Shown here: in pieces, positions 28,457 through 38,080 of the stretch
Layout: the number at the start of each line of letters is the position of its first letter
Position numbering within the stretch: the stretch's first letter is position 1
Source of the DNA: a virus
Lineage: Duplodnaviria; Heunggongvirae; Uroviricota; Caudoviricetes
IMG/VR virus record: IMGVR_UViG_3300017971_000004
Span: 128,001 to 188,555 of that record
Strand: one strand, 5' to 3'
Length of the DNA stretch: 60,555 nt
The notes under the pieces: generated by a model
Told to the model about the DNA's origin: nothing
Databases searched by the model: none
What the model saw: the letters and a program-made list of their open reading frames with translations, nothing else
Program-made: the position numbers and the translations under genes

Positions 28457-29206
28457 TTACTCCAAGTCGTTGAAGAACTCCCGGCCTATGGACAGGGAGA
28501 TGTACTTGTAAACATCATCCATCGACGGCATTGAGCTGAGCGCCGTGAAGCTGAACGAATAGCTCTTGTTGAACGGCTCCGTTGCCTCATCAGTGAACTC
28601 CATGACGCGATCGAAGTGTCCGATGAAATCGATGATCGCATTGCCCAGGATCGGGCTGCTGTAGAGGACGTGAAACTGGTTCGGCATCCCGCTGACGGGA
28701 TCGATCATCGGTTCCCGAGTGAGACTGTACAGATTCCAGAAGTTGACCAACTTCGCAGCCCCGGAATAGTTGGCGACATCGAGCCCCTTCTGCTTGGTGA
28801 CCGATTTCGTCCACTCCTGGAACTGCTTGAGCGAATCGGAAAGCCAGTTCGCCTTCTTCGCGCCGCTGCGAAGATTGATGTTTCCGGTCTGACCCGAAAA
28901 CTGGATCTGAATGATGTCGTTGTTACGACCCCGCGCATTCGTCCAGTGGAAGAAGACCGCACCGCTCTGGGTATCTCGCCGTGTGATGCGCTTCTGCTGC
29001 GTGAACGTGACCGACTGCGGGTTCACCTTCATCCGGACTGGCGGAATGTTCTGGGCGGTCCGGAGATCGGATGTGAACATGAACGGCACCCGATACGCGA
29101 TGTCCTCGTAGGGATTGAGGATCCGTTCGAGAATCTTGTCGGTGCTCGGTTTCGGCTGCGTCTCGTCGACGAAAGTGTCCACGAACCATGTTCCGAAATC
29201 AGCCAT
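28457..29206 (-). CDS. Tube-initiator/baseplate tube-like protein (gp48/gp54, CIS-tube-like)
   Basis: MKVNPQSVTFTQQKRITRRDTQSG...IQFSGQTG...FSYSFSF pattern; directly after the tape-measure genes. Confidence 0.65.
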   Translation of the reverse strand: MADFGTWFVDTFVDETQPKPSTDKILERILNPYEDIAYRVPFMFTSDLRTAQNIPPVRMKVNPQSVTFTQQKRITRRDTQSGAVFFHWTNARGRNNDIIQIQFSGQTGNINLRSGAKKANWLSDSLKQFQEWTKSVTKQKGLDVANYSGAAKLVNFWNLYSLTREPMIDPVSGMPNQFHVLYSSPILGNAIIDFIGHFDRVMEFTDEATEPFNKSYSFSFTALSSMPSMDDVYKYISLSIGREFFNDLE

Positions 29207-29209
29207 CTA

Positions 29210-32026
29210 TCACTCCTTCGGTGCCTGGGGTCTACGCGTCACTTTCTCCCCGTACTGCATGACACCGGTCTGACCTGTTGCCGAGGGCACCACGCCGGCT
29301 GACTTGCGTTCGGCGAGAGCCTTTTCGTACTGACGGCGCGTCTGACGATATTGCGGAGCCTCCTTCTCGATGTCCTTGCGGCCCGTAAAGAAGAAGGCCG
29401 TCTTGCCGCGTCCCATCGGAAGCGCCGCCACGATCTGCGATTCTCGCGCGAACGGCGCGAACGCGCCGCCTTGGATTTCAGTCCCGAGCGCCTGATGCGT
29501 GAAGGTGGTAGCACGCCCACCGGTCGGATCCTCGACCTCTCCACGTAGAACGCTCCGTGCGAACTCCACCGTCTGCTCGGTGGGAGGCGTCGGTGTCGCG
29601 AACCTCCGCTTGCCCCCCTGTCGTCCCCACCCGAGGCCTCCCGTAGTGACCTCGTAGAGATCCTTGGTGCCGCGCTGCTTGGCCTGGTTGAGGACAGCAT
29701 GCGCGTGGGCAGCGGCGAGCTTCCGATTCCTACCGGTATAGCCCCCGATCTCCCGCTGGATAACCCGCGCCAAGGCCTCGACATCGAGACCACGATACTC
29801 ACCTTCGCCCATGATCTCGGTCTCGGAAGTCGGCGTGGTGGATCCAAAGATGAAACCGCAGCGCGGGCAGTTCCCCATGATGGAGAGATTGATGTTCCCT
29901 TGCGTATCGACCCCCGTCGCGATTACCGAAACACCGCCGCCGACCCATTCGCCGCCACGACCGCTCCCCGGACCGCGTTGGACCGATTTCACCGGAACGC
30001 TGACATTGACGACGTGCTTGATCCCCGCGCCGCCCTCGGTGAGGGCCGACAACGAGATCGGCGCGAACTGAACGGTCGCCTGCGTGGGCTGCCACATCTC
30101 GCCGACAGCTCCCGGAGCGCCGCCTCCTGCACCGGGCTGCATCGCAGCGGTGGGATCGAAGTTCCAGGCAGCCCTGAGGGACTTGAGGGACGAACCCAGG
30201 ACATCACCGCCCATCTTCCCCATCGCGGCGATCATCTGATCGAAGCCCCGGCTCATCTTTTCCGTATGCGCCGCAGCCTGGACATCGAAGGCGTGCAGGT
30301 TCGCGACAAGCTGCTCGTTCGCCTGGGTACGACCCATGACGGCATTCGCCAGATACGCCGGGAGAGCCCTGAAATAAGCAATGAGCATGGCGAGAGTATT
30401 GCCCACGAGACCCAGCAGCCCCTGGCCGACTTTGCTCAAGCCTTTCAACCATTGGTTCATGAAACGTTCGAACTTGCTCTGCTTCTGAGCTTCTATACCG
30501 AACGATCTTCGAAGGATCTCCATGTCCTCCTTGGCACTCTTCGCGGCCTCGACGACCTTCCCTTCCTTGACATCCTTGCCGATCTTGGCCACGACACGAG
30601 CACCTTCGAACCCGAAGCCCATCTGGGTCTCGATGTAGTAGCGCGCACGGTTTTCATCTGCACCGCCGACCGCTTCCATCGCGATGTCATAGACAGCCTG
30701 CACGGTGCGCACTATCTCGTTGGTATTCTTGCGCTCCAGGACCCGTGCAAAGGCGTCCATCATCCGCTGCCGCCCTTGGAGCCCCCTCCCGTAGCCGAGA
30801 CGCTCGGCCACGATGATCTTCCAGCTATCGGACATCTTTGTGATGCCCGAAGCGATTTGCTGGATACCGAGGGCAGCTTGTCGTCCCGCGAACTGCTTGG
30901 GGACGCCGATGCCGGCAAAGTCCTCTTGGACATGGGCCAGCAGGTTGATGGTGTCGTCGATGTCGTAGCCGAACTGACGCAGCTCCTCCCCGGCGGTCTC
31001 GACATTGCGAACGAACTGGAGCGCGCCGGTCCCGGACTGCTTGCCGACCATGTACATCTGGATCAAGGACTCACGGGCCTCATCGGCATTTTTTCCATAG
31101 TCGGCCATCAAGCCGACCATCCGCTTCGCCGAATCCCCCGCAGGGATCTCGAACATCTTGTCGAGAGCGAAGGTGACCGTCAACGCACTGCTCTGGACGT
31201 TGTTGATCTGGGTATCGACCTTGGCGAGCATCTGGCTCACGCTCAAGCCGCCGTCGACGAACGCCTGCGAGACCGCCTGGACCTCCTGACGGTTGATGCC
31301 CATGAAGCGTTGAAACGTTTCCTGAATGCCGGCGATGTGCCGCGTGCCGGACTGAACCGCGCCTCGGACGCCATCGTCGTAGGCCGCGATCAAGATGTTC
31401 TTCACTTCGCCGGTCTCGGCCCGGATACGGTCCTTTTCGAGATAGCCGTAGGCCATGATCTCGATTGCACCGGACAAGATGTTGCCGGGAGTCGGGATCT
31501 TCAAGGTGGACAGCATCCCCCGAACGCGAGACTTGAGCGTGTTGATCTCGGAGACGATGATCTTCGAGATGCGGTCCGGAACCCCCGGAACCGTTCCGCG
31601 CTTGCGCTCGGCGCGCTGGTCGGCATCCCGTTCGCCTTTCCCCTTGCCGACCTTGGATGCGATGTCCTCCCCCTCACGAACGAGATTGGCGGCTTCGTTC
31701 GAGAGATTCTCGAAGTTCTTCTCAGCCTTCTGAACGGTCTGGTCGAAAGTCTCGAAGGACTTCTCCATGCTGCCGGAAATGGCATCATAAGTGGACGAAA
31801 CCTGCTGGGCGTAACGCTTGCTGATCCCGAGCAGCTTGGCCGTCTCTTCGAACTCAGGGTTCTCGGTCAGATCGGACAGTGCCGTGTTGAACCCGAACCT
31901 GAGCTGATCCTCGGTCTTCTTGAAAAGGTCTTCATTCTGCCGGGCCAGATCGCGGACGGCGGCTCCCAGCTCGGTGAACTTGTACCGAACACTATCGAGC
32001 TGAGCAGTATCGGCAACATCCGCCAT
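29210..32026 (-). CDS. Tape-measure-like protein 3 with C-terminal SleB-like cell-wall hydrolase domain
   Basis: Helical N-terminal approx 620 aa homologous to the two upstream paralogs; C-term LARVIQREIGG...AVLNQ...ARSVLRGEVEDPTGGRATTF resembles Hydrolase_2/SleB. Confidence 0.8.
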   Translation of the reverse strand: MADVADTAQLDSVRYKFTELGAAVRDLARQNEDLFKKTEDQLRFGFNTALSDLTENPEFEETAKLLGISKRYAQQVSSTYDAISGSMEKSFETFDQTVQKAEKNFENLSNEAANLVREGEDIASKVGKGKGERDADQRAERKRGTVPGVPDRISKIIVSEINTLKSRVRGMLSTLKIPTPGNILSGAIEIMAYGYLEKDRIRAETGEVKNILIAAYDDGVRGAVQSGTRHIAGIQETFQRFMGINRQEVQAVSQAFVDGGLSVSQMLAKVDTQINNVQSSALTVTFALDKMFEIPAGDSAKRMVGLMADYGKNADEARESLIQMYMVGKQSGTGALQFVRNVETAGEELRQFGYDIDDTINLLAHVQEDFAGIGVPKQFAGRQAALGIQQIASGITKMSDSWKIIVAERLGYGRGLQGRQRMMDAFARVLERKNTNEIVRTVQAVYDIAMEAVGGADENRARYYIETQMGFGFEGARVVAKIGKDVKEGKVVEAAKSAKEDMEILRRSFGIEAQKQSKFERFMNQWLKGLSKVGQGLLGLVGNTLAMLIAYFRALPAYLANAVMGRTQANEQLVANLHAFDVQAAAHTEKMSRGFDQMIAAMGKMGGDVLGSSLKSLRAAWNFDPTAAMQPGAGGGAPGAVGEMWQPTQATVQFAPISLSALTEGGAGIKHVVNVSVPVKSVQRGPGSGRGGEWVGGGVSVIATGVDTQGNINLSIMGNCPRCGFIFGSTTPTSETEIMGEGEYRGLDVEALARVIQREIGGYTGRNRKLAAAHAHAVLNQAKQRGTKDLYEVTTGGLGWGRQGGKRRFATPTPPTEQTVEFARSVLRGEVEDPTGGRATTFTHQALGTEIQGGAFAPFARESQIVAALPMGRGKTAFFFTGRKDIEKEAPQYRQTRRQYEKALAERKSAGVVPSATGQTGVMQYGEKVTRRPQAPKE

Positions 32027-34437
32027 TAGAAGATATTCTCCGCAGCCGCCTTGTCGGCCTTGTTCACCGCGTCAGTACTACGCGGAATTTTGGGCTTTCC
32101 CACTTCAATCGGGAGCGCCCCATAGTCCCGATCCGCAGCTCGACGAAGAGTTCCTTCAGACGGGCTCCAACGTTCTCCGGTCTGGGGGTTCTCCATGATG
32201 CCCGTCACCGGATCGAGTTCCCAACCTTGGTTGACTTTGCGGCGCATCTCCGCGACTTTGCCCGGATTTTTCTTGGCCCACTCGGTCTGACCACCGATGT
32301 CAGCATCGGAAGTAGCCTGAAGCATCGCACCCGTGAACTCGTCCTGGTAGGGCAACTTCACGCCGACCAACGGAGCTTCCCACAAGGGGGTGTCGTGCAG
32401 CATGCTGCCGAAGGTGGTCTCCTCGATCTCCTTGTCGAGATAAAGCTTGTTGAAGCGTTCTCCGAGCTGCCGATATTCCTCACGCCGCGCCCAGGCCTCC
32501 TCCAGCTCCGTCACCGCAGCCGTCCACGGAGCAGCTCTCTTCGGAACCTTCACAGGGCCGGAAATAGCATCGATCAACGGCTGGATGGTCTCGGCGAATT
32601 CGGAGCCAAGTGCCTTGGACACGAGGTTGATTCCCTCCTCGCCCTTCTTCCAGTGGTCGGAGATTTCAGCAATGCGCTGCCGTTGCTCGGCCACGATGTT
32701 ACCGACCACCCGGTCGAGCTGTCGATTCTGCCAAGCCCAATGGAGCGCCGGCAAGCTTCGAACACCGATCACGAGAATGCCGAAAATGTCAGCAACAATG
32801 GCCGTGAGAGCTTCCCCGAGCATGGCCATGCCCCGTACTAGCTCGCGGCGCGTCCGATGCAGGCTCGAAACCTGAGAGGCCTCGACCTTGAAAGCACGTT
32901 TGAGGTTGGAACGTTCCTCCTTGGTAAGATCCTTGAGCTTCCCCCCTTTGGCGATGAGATCGCCCGCGTCGTACAAGAGCGCCGCAGTCCGATTGCGGAC
33001 ACCCAGGTTCTGCTGGATGGTACGGATCATCCGGGAGCGACCCCCGAGACCGGTCTCGCGCATGACCTCGATGTAGGAGCGAATCAAGTTCTCCAGGTAT
33101 TGGTCCTCCTCACCTCCGGCGATGCGCCGCAGACCGTCCTGGAACTGGATCAGGAGCGAATAGGCGTCCGTCTCCTCGTCGTTGTACATCCTCCTGGCCA
33201 AGACGACCTTCATCCCGCTGTCGAGGTTGGAGAAGGCTGACATGAGGTCCTGGACGACGCCCACAGCCTGCTGACCGGCATAGCGCTGATTGAGCCCCAT
33301 GCTCTCGTAGAATCCGATGACGTCCTCCATCAGGACGGCCACGTTCTCAGCGTTGATCCCGAACCGGCTCAAGCTGTCCTGACTGGACTTGACCGCCCGG
33401 ATGAAGTTCATCGTCCCCATTCCGCTGCGTTGACCGGCCATCGACATCTTGAAGAAGAAGTCAGTCGCCCCGCGAAGCTCCATCCCGTACTCGCGCACGA
33501 AGCTCACGATCTCCTCCATGCTGGTACCGGTGGCGAAGTTGAAGTGCCGATCCAGCGCAATGGAAGCGACCACGACATTGCGGCCAGCCGACTTGAGACC
33601 CCGGTCATAGGTCTCGATCAAGTCTGCACTCTTGAAACCGTTATCGATCATCTCGGCAACGGTCTTCTGTACCTCTTGCCGAGCGATGCCGTAGTGCCAT
33701 TGAGCGCGCTCGGCCCAGTTGCCCATCCAACGGACCGCCTTGCGCGTTTCCGTCGAGAAGATCGAGTCGAGACCCGCCGCGAACACGTTGGACATCTCCC
33801 CCATCTCGGCCCGACGACGGTTGCGCTCCTGGTAACCCAGGATGATGGTGCCGATGAGACCGGAGACGAAACCACCGACAATGCCGCCAGGAATCTGGGA
33901 GATGAGATCCTTGATGGCCCCCTTGGCCGATCTGACCTCGCGTTCCACAAACCGTCGCCACATGGAAATGCGCTTGATGGATTTGTCTTCGGCCTCTTCT
34001 GTCTCGTCGAACGAATCTTCCGCCTTCCGAAGAGCCTGATCGGCCTTGTTCGCAGCGAAAGTGACCTCCACGACCGGAATATCGACAGGAGGCGGTTCGA
34101 ACTCGGAGCGCGGAACCCTGATGTCACTGCCGAGCTTGATCGACCCGAGTTTCTCGAAGGTGTCTGAAATGGCGCGATCCTGACGTTCCCACTGCCGCAG
34201 GTAGTTTTCCATCGAGATGTAATCAGCCTCCGGATACAACGTGGAGGCAGTCTGCATGAGCGGCTTCAACGGCAACGAGACATCTGCCGCCTCGTCGAGT
34301 AGATGCGTTATATCCCGCTCCACGGCGGCGGCAACCGAGCGAACGGCGACACCGAAGTTGGTATATGCCCGAGAGGCGTTCTCGGTGCTCCGGTCCAAAG
34401 TCGCGACGTCAATCGCTATTTTCAGATCGCCATCCAT
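32026..34437 (-). CDS. Tape-measure-like protein 2
   Basis: 803 aa, helical; shares SRAYTxFG, SGLIGxxILGYxERxRxRAExGE and AGQRS motifs with TMP1. Confidence 0.8.
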   Translation of the reverse strand: MDGDLKIAIDVATLDRSTENASRAYTNFGVAVRSVAAAVERDITHLLDEAADVSLPLKPLMQTASTLYPEADYISMENYLRQWERQDRAISDTFEKLGSIKLGSDIRVPRSEFEPPPVDIPVVEVTFAANKADQALRKAEDSFDETEEAEDKSIKRISMWRRFVEREVRSAKGAIKDLISQIPGGIVGGFVSGLIGTIILGYQERNRRRAEMGEMSNVFAAGLDSIFSTETRKAVRWMGNWAERAQWHYGIARQEVQKTVAEMIDNGFKSADLIETYDRGLKSAGRNVVVASIALDRHFNFATGTSMEEIVSFVREYGMELRGATDFFFKMSMAGQRSGMGTMNFIRAVKSSQDSLSRFGINAENVAVLMEDVIGFYESMGLNQRYAGQQAVGVVQDLMSAFSNLDSGMKVVLARRMYNDEETDAYSLLIQFQDGLRRIAGGEEDQYLENLIRSYIEVMRETGLGGRSRMIRTIQQNLGVRNRTAALLYDAGDLIAKGGKLKDLTKEERSNLKRAFKVEASQVSSLHRTRRELVRGMAMLGEALTAIVADIFGILVIGVRSLPALHWAWQNRQLDRVVGNIVAEQRQRIAEISDHWKKGEEGINLVSKALGSEFAETIQPLIDAISGPVKVPKRAAPWTAAVTELEEAWARREEYRQLGERFNKLYLDKEIEETTFGSMLHDTPLWEAPLVGVKLPYQDEFTGAMLQATSDADIGGQTEWAKKNPGKVAEMRRKVNQGWELDPVTGIMENPQTGERWSPSEGTLRRAADRDYGALPIEVGKPKIPRSTDAVNKADKAAAENIF

Positions 34438-36737
34438 CAGGGATCCGCACCCATCGTATTGCCGCTGGATGTCAGCACATGCTCGGCTTGGTAAATCCTC
34501 GTCTCCGTCAGCTGTTGCTGGGTGATCTTCTGCTGTGTCGTCGGGACAATGCCGGTCCCCCTGCCAGTCGAAGGCGGAGGGGGAGGAGTCGCCTGCACGC
34601 TCGTGCTGACGCTCCCCATCTGTGCTTGACCGGAGCGCAGGACATTCTTGGTACCACTGGGAGCCTCACCGGTCAGAACGGCCCTCTGGCCCGGCTGAAG
34701 GCCGACAGGGCTAGGTCGCGGAGCTGCCATCCCGCGCCGAACCGCCTTGGTGCCCCCTTGTTGCTGTCCCAGCAGCTCCCGAGCCTTCCGCTCGACGGCT
34801 ACACCCCAGTCGACCTGCGGAGTCTCGAACTTCTCGCTCAACGCGGCCTCGATGGGATCGATCAGCGATTTGAACTCTCCACCGAGCGCATCCTTGAGAA
34901 GTCCCCCTCCGGTCATGACGTCCTTGGCCCCGGCGCTCATGTGGGCGAACAGCATCGACTGCCGGGCTCCAGCCTCCGCGATGGCGGAAGCCGCCTTGTT
35001 GACATCCTTGTCCAGAGCTGCCTGGATCACCTGCGGGATAGTCTTGAGACCGACCGCCAGCACCCCCAGGATGCCCACGAGGATCTTGAGCAGACCGCGT
35101 CCGATGTGCCCGATGGCCTCGCGCAGGCGTTTCTGCGTCTTCTCCAAGGACGAAACACGCTGGCCTTCCGTCTTGAAAGCGTCCGACAGGCGCTTCATCT
35201 CATCGTTGGTGAGGGCCTGGAGACTGTTCTGCTCCTTGATCTTGCCGCCGAGATCGTGAAGGGTCGCAGCGGTTCGATTGTCGAGGCCCTGCATCTCCAT
35301 GACCTTGATCGCCTCGGCGCGCCCCCGACCCCCTTCGGTAGCCCACTGCTGAAGCTCCGTGGTCGCACGGAGCATGAAGTTGTTGTCCTCTCCCTTCCCT
35401 GCCCGTAGGAAGCCGTCCTCCCACTTCTGAAGGGCGTCGAGGGCGCTCAGCTCCGGGAACATCCTCTGGGCGAGAACGGCCTTCATGCCGGGGCTGAGGC
35501 TCGCCAGACCGCGTGTGAGACCTCCCACCACCCTCGCAGCCTGATCGCCGGCATACTGCGGACTCAGACCCATGTCCTGGTAGTGGCGTTGGATCTTGCC
35601 CATCACATCGGCCACGTCTTCAACATCTACACCGTATTGCTGCATCGCGGACGCCCCCGAGAGGACCGCGTTCGTGAACTTTTCGATCCCCATCGCGCTG
35701 CGCTGCCCCGCAAAGGCGATCCGAACGTACTTATCAGTGGCGACGTCGAGCGAGTCACCCAGCTCGGTCGTGATCTGAATGATGCCCTGCATCGAGGTGC
35801 CGGTGGCCTGATTGAAGTGCTTGTCGACCGCGATGGAAGCGATGGTGACGTTGTCGCCCACGCGGCCCAGGTCCTTGTCGAAAGCGGTCATGATCTCCTT
35901 GGACCTGTAGCCGGCATCGACCATCATTTTGAGAACGCCCTGGGTCTCCTTCCTGCCGACCCCGAAGTACCACTGGGCTCTCTCCTGGAAGTTGGCGAAA
36001 TAACGGGTAGCTCTCCGCGCTTCGCCACCGAAGAGGGCTTCTCCTGTCGCCTCGAAGACGTTTCGAACTTCGCCGGCCTCGGCCCGGAGACGATCTCGTT
36101 CCGTGTAGCCGAGGATCATCGCCCCGATGAGACCGGAGATGACGCCACCGCTCAGAACGCCTCCCGGAACGTGAGAAAGAAGACCTCGAATCGCGCCCTT
36201 GGCGGAACTGATCTCGGCCTTGATGTAGGCCGTGATGGCGTCGGTCTGCTTCTTGGACGCCTCATCCGCCTCCTTCATACGCTTTTCAACGTCCTTCGAC
36301 TGTTTCTCCGAAGTTTCGGAAGTCTCCTTGGCCACGTCAGCCGTGGCGACCGCTGCTTCCGCCTCCGCAGCCGCCTTCGATTGGCCAGGAGGAGCGCCAC
36401 CTTCGTTGACGAGAGCGCCCAGGCGCATCCCCGAGAGCCGGGTCATGTCGTTGGCGATCTTGTCCCCGTGGCGAGCAATGTCATCCATCCCCCGAACAGT
36501 ATGGCCAAGCTGAATCCGGGCCGACTGGAAGGAACGGTTGATCTGCGGAGTCAACGTGGCCACCGAGGACGAGACGACACCCGCCTCCCGTTGGAGGGCC
36601 GACAGATCGTTGGAAACCGAGTTGACGACCTCCCTTACCGAGGAACCGAAGTCGGTGTAGGCCCGGCTGACGCGATCGGCCTCTCCTTCGAACTCGGAGA
36701 AATCGAACTTCAGCAGGTATTCCTTGGGATCGGTCAT
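34437..36737 (-). CDS. Tape-measure-like protein 1
   Basis: 766 aa, Ala/Gly-rich and helical, directly downstream of the G/GT chaperone pair. Confidence 0.82.
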   Translation of the reverse strand: MTDPKEYLLKFDFSEFEGEADRVSRAYTDFGSSVREVVNSVSNDLSALQREAGVVSSSVATLTPQINRSFQSARIQLGHTVRGMDDIARHGDKIANDMTRLSGMRLGALVNEGGAPPGQSKAAAEAEAAVATADVAKETSETSEKQSKDVEKRMKEADEASKKQTDAITAYIKAEISSAKGAIRGLLSHVPGGVLSGGVISGLIGAMILGYTERDRLRAEAGEVRNVFEATGEALFGGEARRATRYFANFQERAQWYFGVGRKETQGVLKMMVDAGYRSKEIMTAFDKDLGRVGDNVTIASIAVDKHFNQATGTSMQGIIQITTELGDSLDVATDKYVRIAFAGQRSAMGIEKFTNAVLSGASAMQQYGVDVEDVADVMGKIQRHYQDMGLSPQYAGDQAARVVGGLTRGLASLSPGMKAVLAQRMFPELSALDALQKWEDGFLRAGKGEDNNFMLRATTELQQWATEGGRGRAEAIKVMEMQGLDNRTAATLHDLGGKIKEQNSLQALTNDEMKRLSDAFKTEGQRVSSLEKTQKRLREAIGHIGRGLLKILVGILGVLAVGLKTIPQVIQAALDKDVNKAASAIAEAGARQSMLFAHMSAGAKDVMTGGGLLKDALGGEFKSLIDPIEAALSEKFETPQVDWGVAVERKARELLGQQQGGTKAVRRGMAAPRPSPVGLQPGQRAVLTGEAPSGTKNVLRSGQAQMGSVSTSVQATPPPPPSTGRGTGIVPTTQQKITQQQLTETRIYQAEHVLTSSGNTMGADP

Positions 36738-37570
36738 TCGCTGGTTTCCACCGTGATTCTGCTACGTTCCGGCTTCTCCGGAATGCCTCCCAGGATCGAA
36801 TCCGATTCGATCCTGACCGGAATCAACTTGCCGTCCTGCTGGCGCTCCCGCTGAAGCTCCTGAATGAGATCACGCCGAGCTTGACCGAGGGTCCGCGCCG
36901 GCTGTTGGTCCAGGGAACCCTCGTCGATATCATCCTTGTTGAGCACGAGGTTCTCCAGGTACAGCTGCGTCTCCTTGGAACCCCAGTCGAGAAATTTGCG
37001 CACTTCTTCGGGCGTATTCTCGAACTCGACATCGCTGTCGCTTTTCATGAACTCGTCCAGCTCTTCGGGCGTCATCTCCACGAAGTCTCCCTCGGTCGGG
37101 TACGTCGGGACTATGCCGGCCTCCTCCAGCTCCAGCTTGCGGCGCTCGCGCTCCTGAGTAGCGAATTCGTCGCGTTTTTCGAGAACCATCTGAACGAACT
37201 CGTCGCGTCCGATGGCCAAGGCCAACGGAACACACTCCTCGACTTCAGGCGCACGCAGAAGACCCGTCTCTTCATCCTCGACCGGCATCAGGTTCAACCC
37301 CAACATGTTGAGCAGCTCCGTTCGGACCACCTTGGCGATTTCATTCGCCCGCTCGAATTTCTCTTCGTCCTCCAGGTTCATCGATTCCAGCTCGAAGACC
37401 CATTGAGTGTCATTCGATCCTTTCAAACGAGGATCGCCGACCGGGATACGCCTCCGGGCCAGGATCTTGGCCTTGATTTGCAGCCTCGATGTTATTCGTC
37501 TCCAGACGGGGAAGATTCGGTCCCAGAGGGCTTCGTGCCCTCTCCCGAATTCTCCCCGAAGGATTTTTTT
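36734..37570 (-). CDS. Tail assembly chaperone, -1 frameshift extension (gpT part of gpGT)
   Basis: -1 frame of the chaperone from the A7 run reads KKILRGEFGRGHEALWDRIFPVWRR...; its stop overlaps the TMP1 start (ATGA); no good independent start. Confidence 0.8.
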   Translation of the reverse strand, partial: KKILRGEFGRGHEALWDRIFPVWRRITSRLQIKAKILARRRIPVGDPRLKGSNDTQWVFELESMNLEDEEKFERANEIAKVVRTELLNMLGLNLMPVEDEETGLLRAPEVEECVPLALAIGRDEFVQMVLEKRDEFATQERERRKLELEEAGIVPTYPTEGDFVEMTPEELDEFMKSDSDVEFENTPEEVRKFLDWGSKETQLYLENLVLNKDDIDEGSLDQQPARTLGQARRDLIQELQRERQQDGKLIPVRIESDSILGGIPEKPERSRITVETSE

Positions 37571-38025
37571 ATCGAGGCCTGCGCCCCTTCTCTCCTTTCT
37601 TCGAGCTTCTGCCATTCCTCCCACAGCGGTTCCAAGACCTCCGGGAATCGGCTCGACAAGAACTCCATAAGGTGCTCGGCGGCGAAGTACTTCTGCGAGA
37701 ACTTGCCGCGTCCTTCCATCGTTTCGAGCGCCTTGCGCAGCTCCTCGGTAGTCGACCACTGCTCCTTGAAGAACTCGAAGATGGGGACGCCGTCGATGGC
37801 GCGGATGCCGATGGCCAGTGTCGGCAGCCTCCACGACGTGATGGCCGACAGCCGCGTCCCCATGTTGACGAACCCGTTGCGCCAGTTGCTTTCCTCCTCA
37901 TTGAGCAGCCGCATCGTCCACTTGTGGTTGTGAACCATGCAGGTATGCTCCAGGGTCTCGCCGTCTAGTTCCCTGGCAAGATCCATGAGGATCATTTTTG
38001 GATTCTGGACTTCTTCCTCGGACAT
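37492..38025 (-). CDS. Tail assembly chaperone (gpG-like)
   Basis: Between tube and tape-measure genes; start reassigned to ATG 38025 (MSEEEVQ); slippery site near its 3' end. Confidence 0.82.
   Translation of the reverse strand: MSEEEVQNPKMILMDLARELDGETLEHTCMVHNHKWTMRLLNEEESNWRNGFVNMGTRLSAITSWRLPTLAIGIRAIDGVPIFEFFKEQWSTTEELRKALETMEGRGKFSQKYFAAEHLMEFLSSRFPEVLEPLWEEWQKLEERREGAQASIKKSFGENSGEGTKPSGTESSPSGDE
37507..37570 (-). promoter_or_regulatory. Programmed -1 ribosomal frameshift signal
   Basis: A AAA AAA heptamer (37570-37564), 5-nt spacer UCCUU, then a long stem-loop CGGGGAGAAUUCGG...CCGAAUCUUCCCCG enclosing AGAGGGC-ACGAA-GCCCUCU. Confidence 0.85.
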
Positions 38026-38080
38026 GGTGGCTTTCGCTCCTCTCTCCCGCATCAGCGGGGTATGGTGCCTACGGCACCGC

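Noticed and set aside
36734-37834. 366-aa ORF as an independent gene from ATG 37834
   Set aside because: Its first 88 codons overlap the chaperone out of frame and look non-coding. The meaningful part begins at the slippery site.
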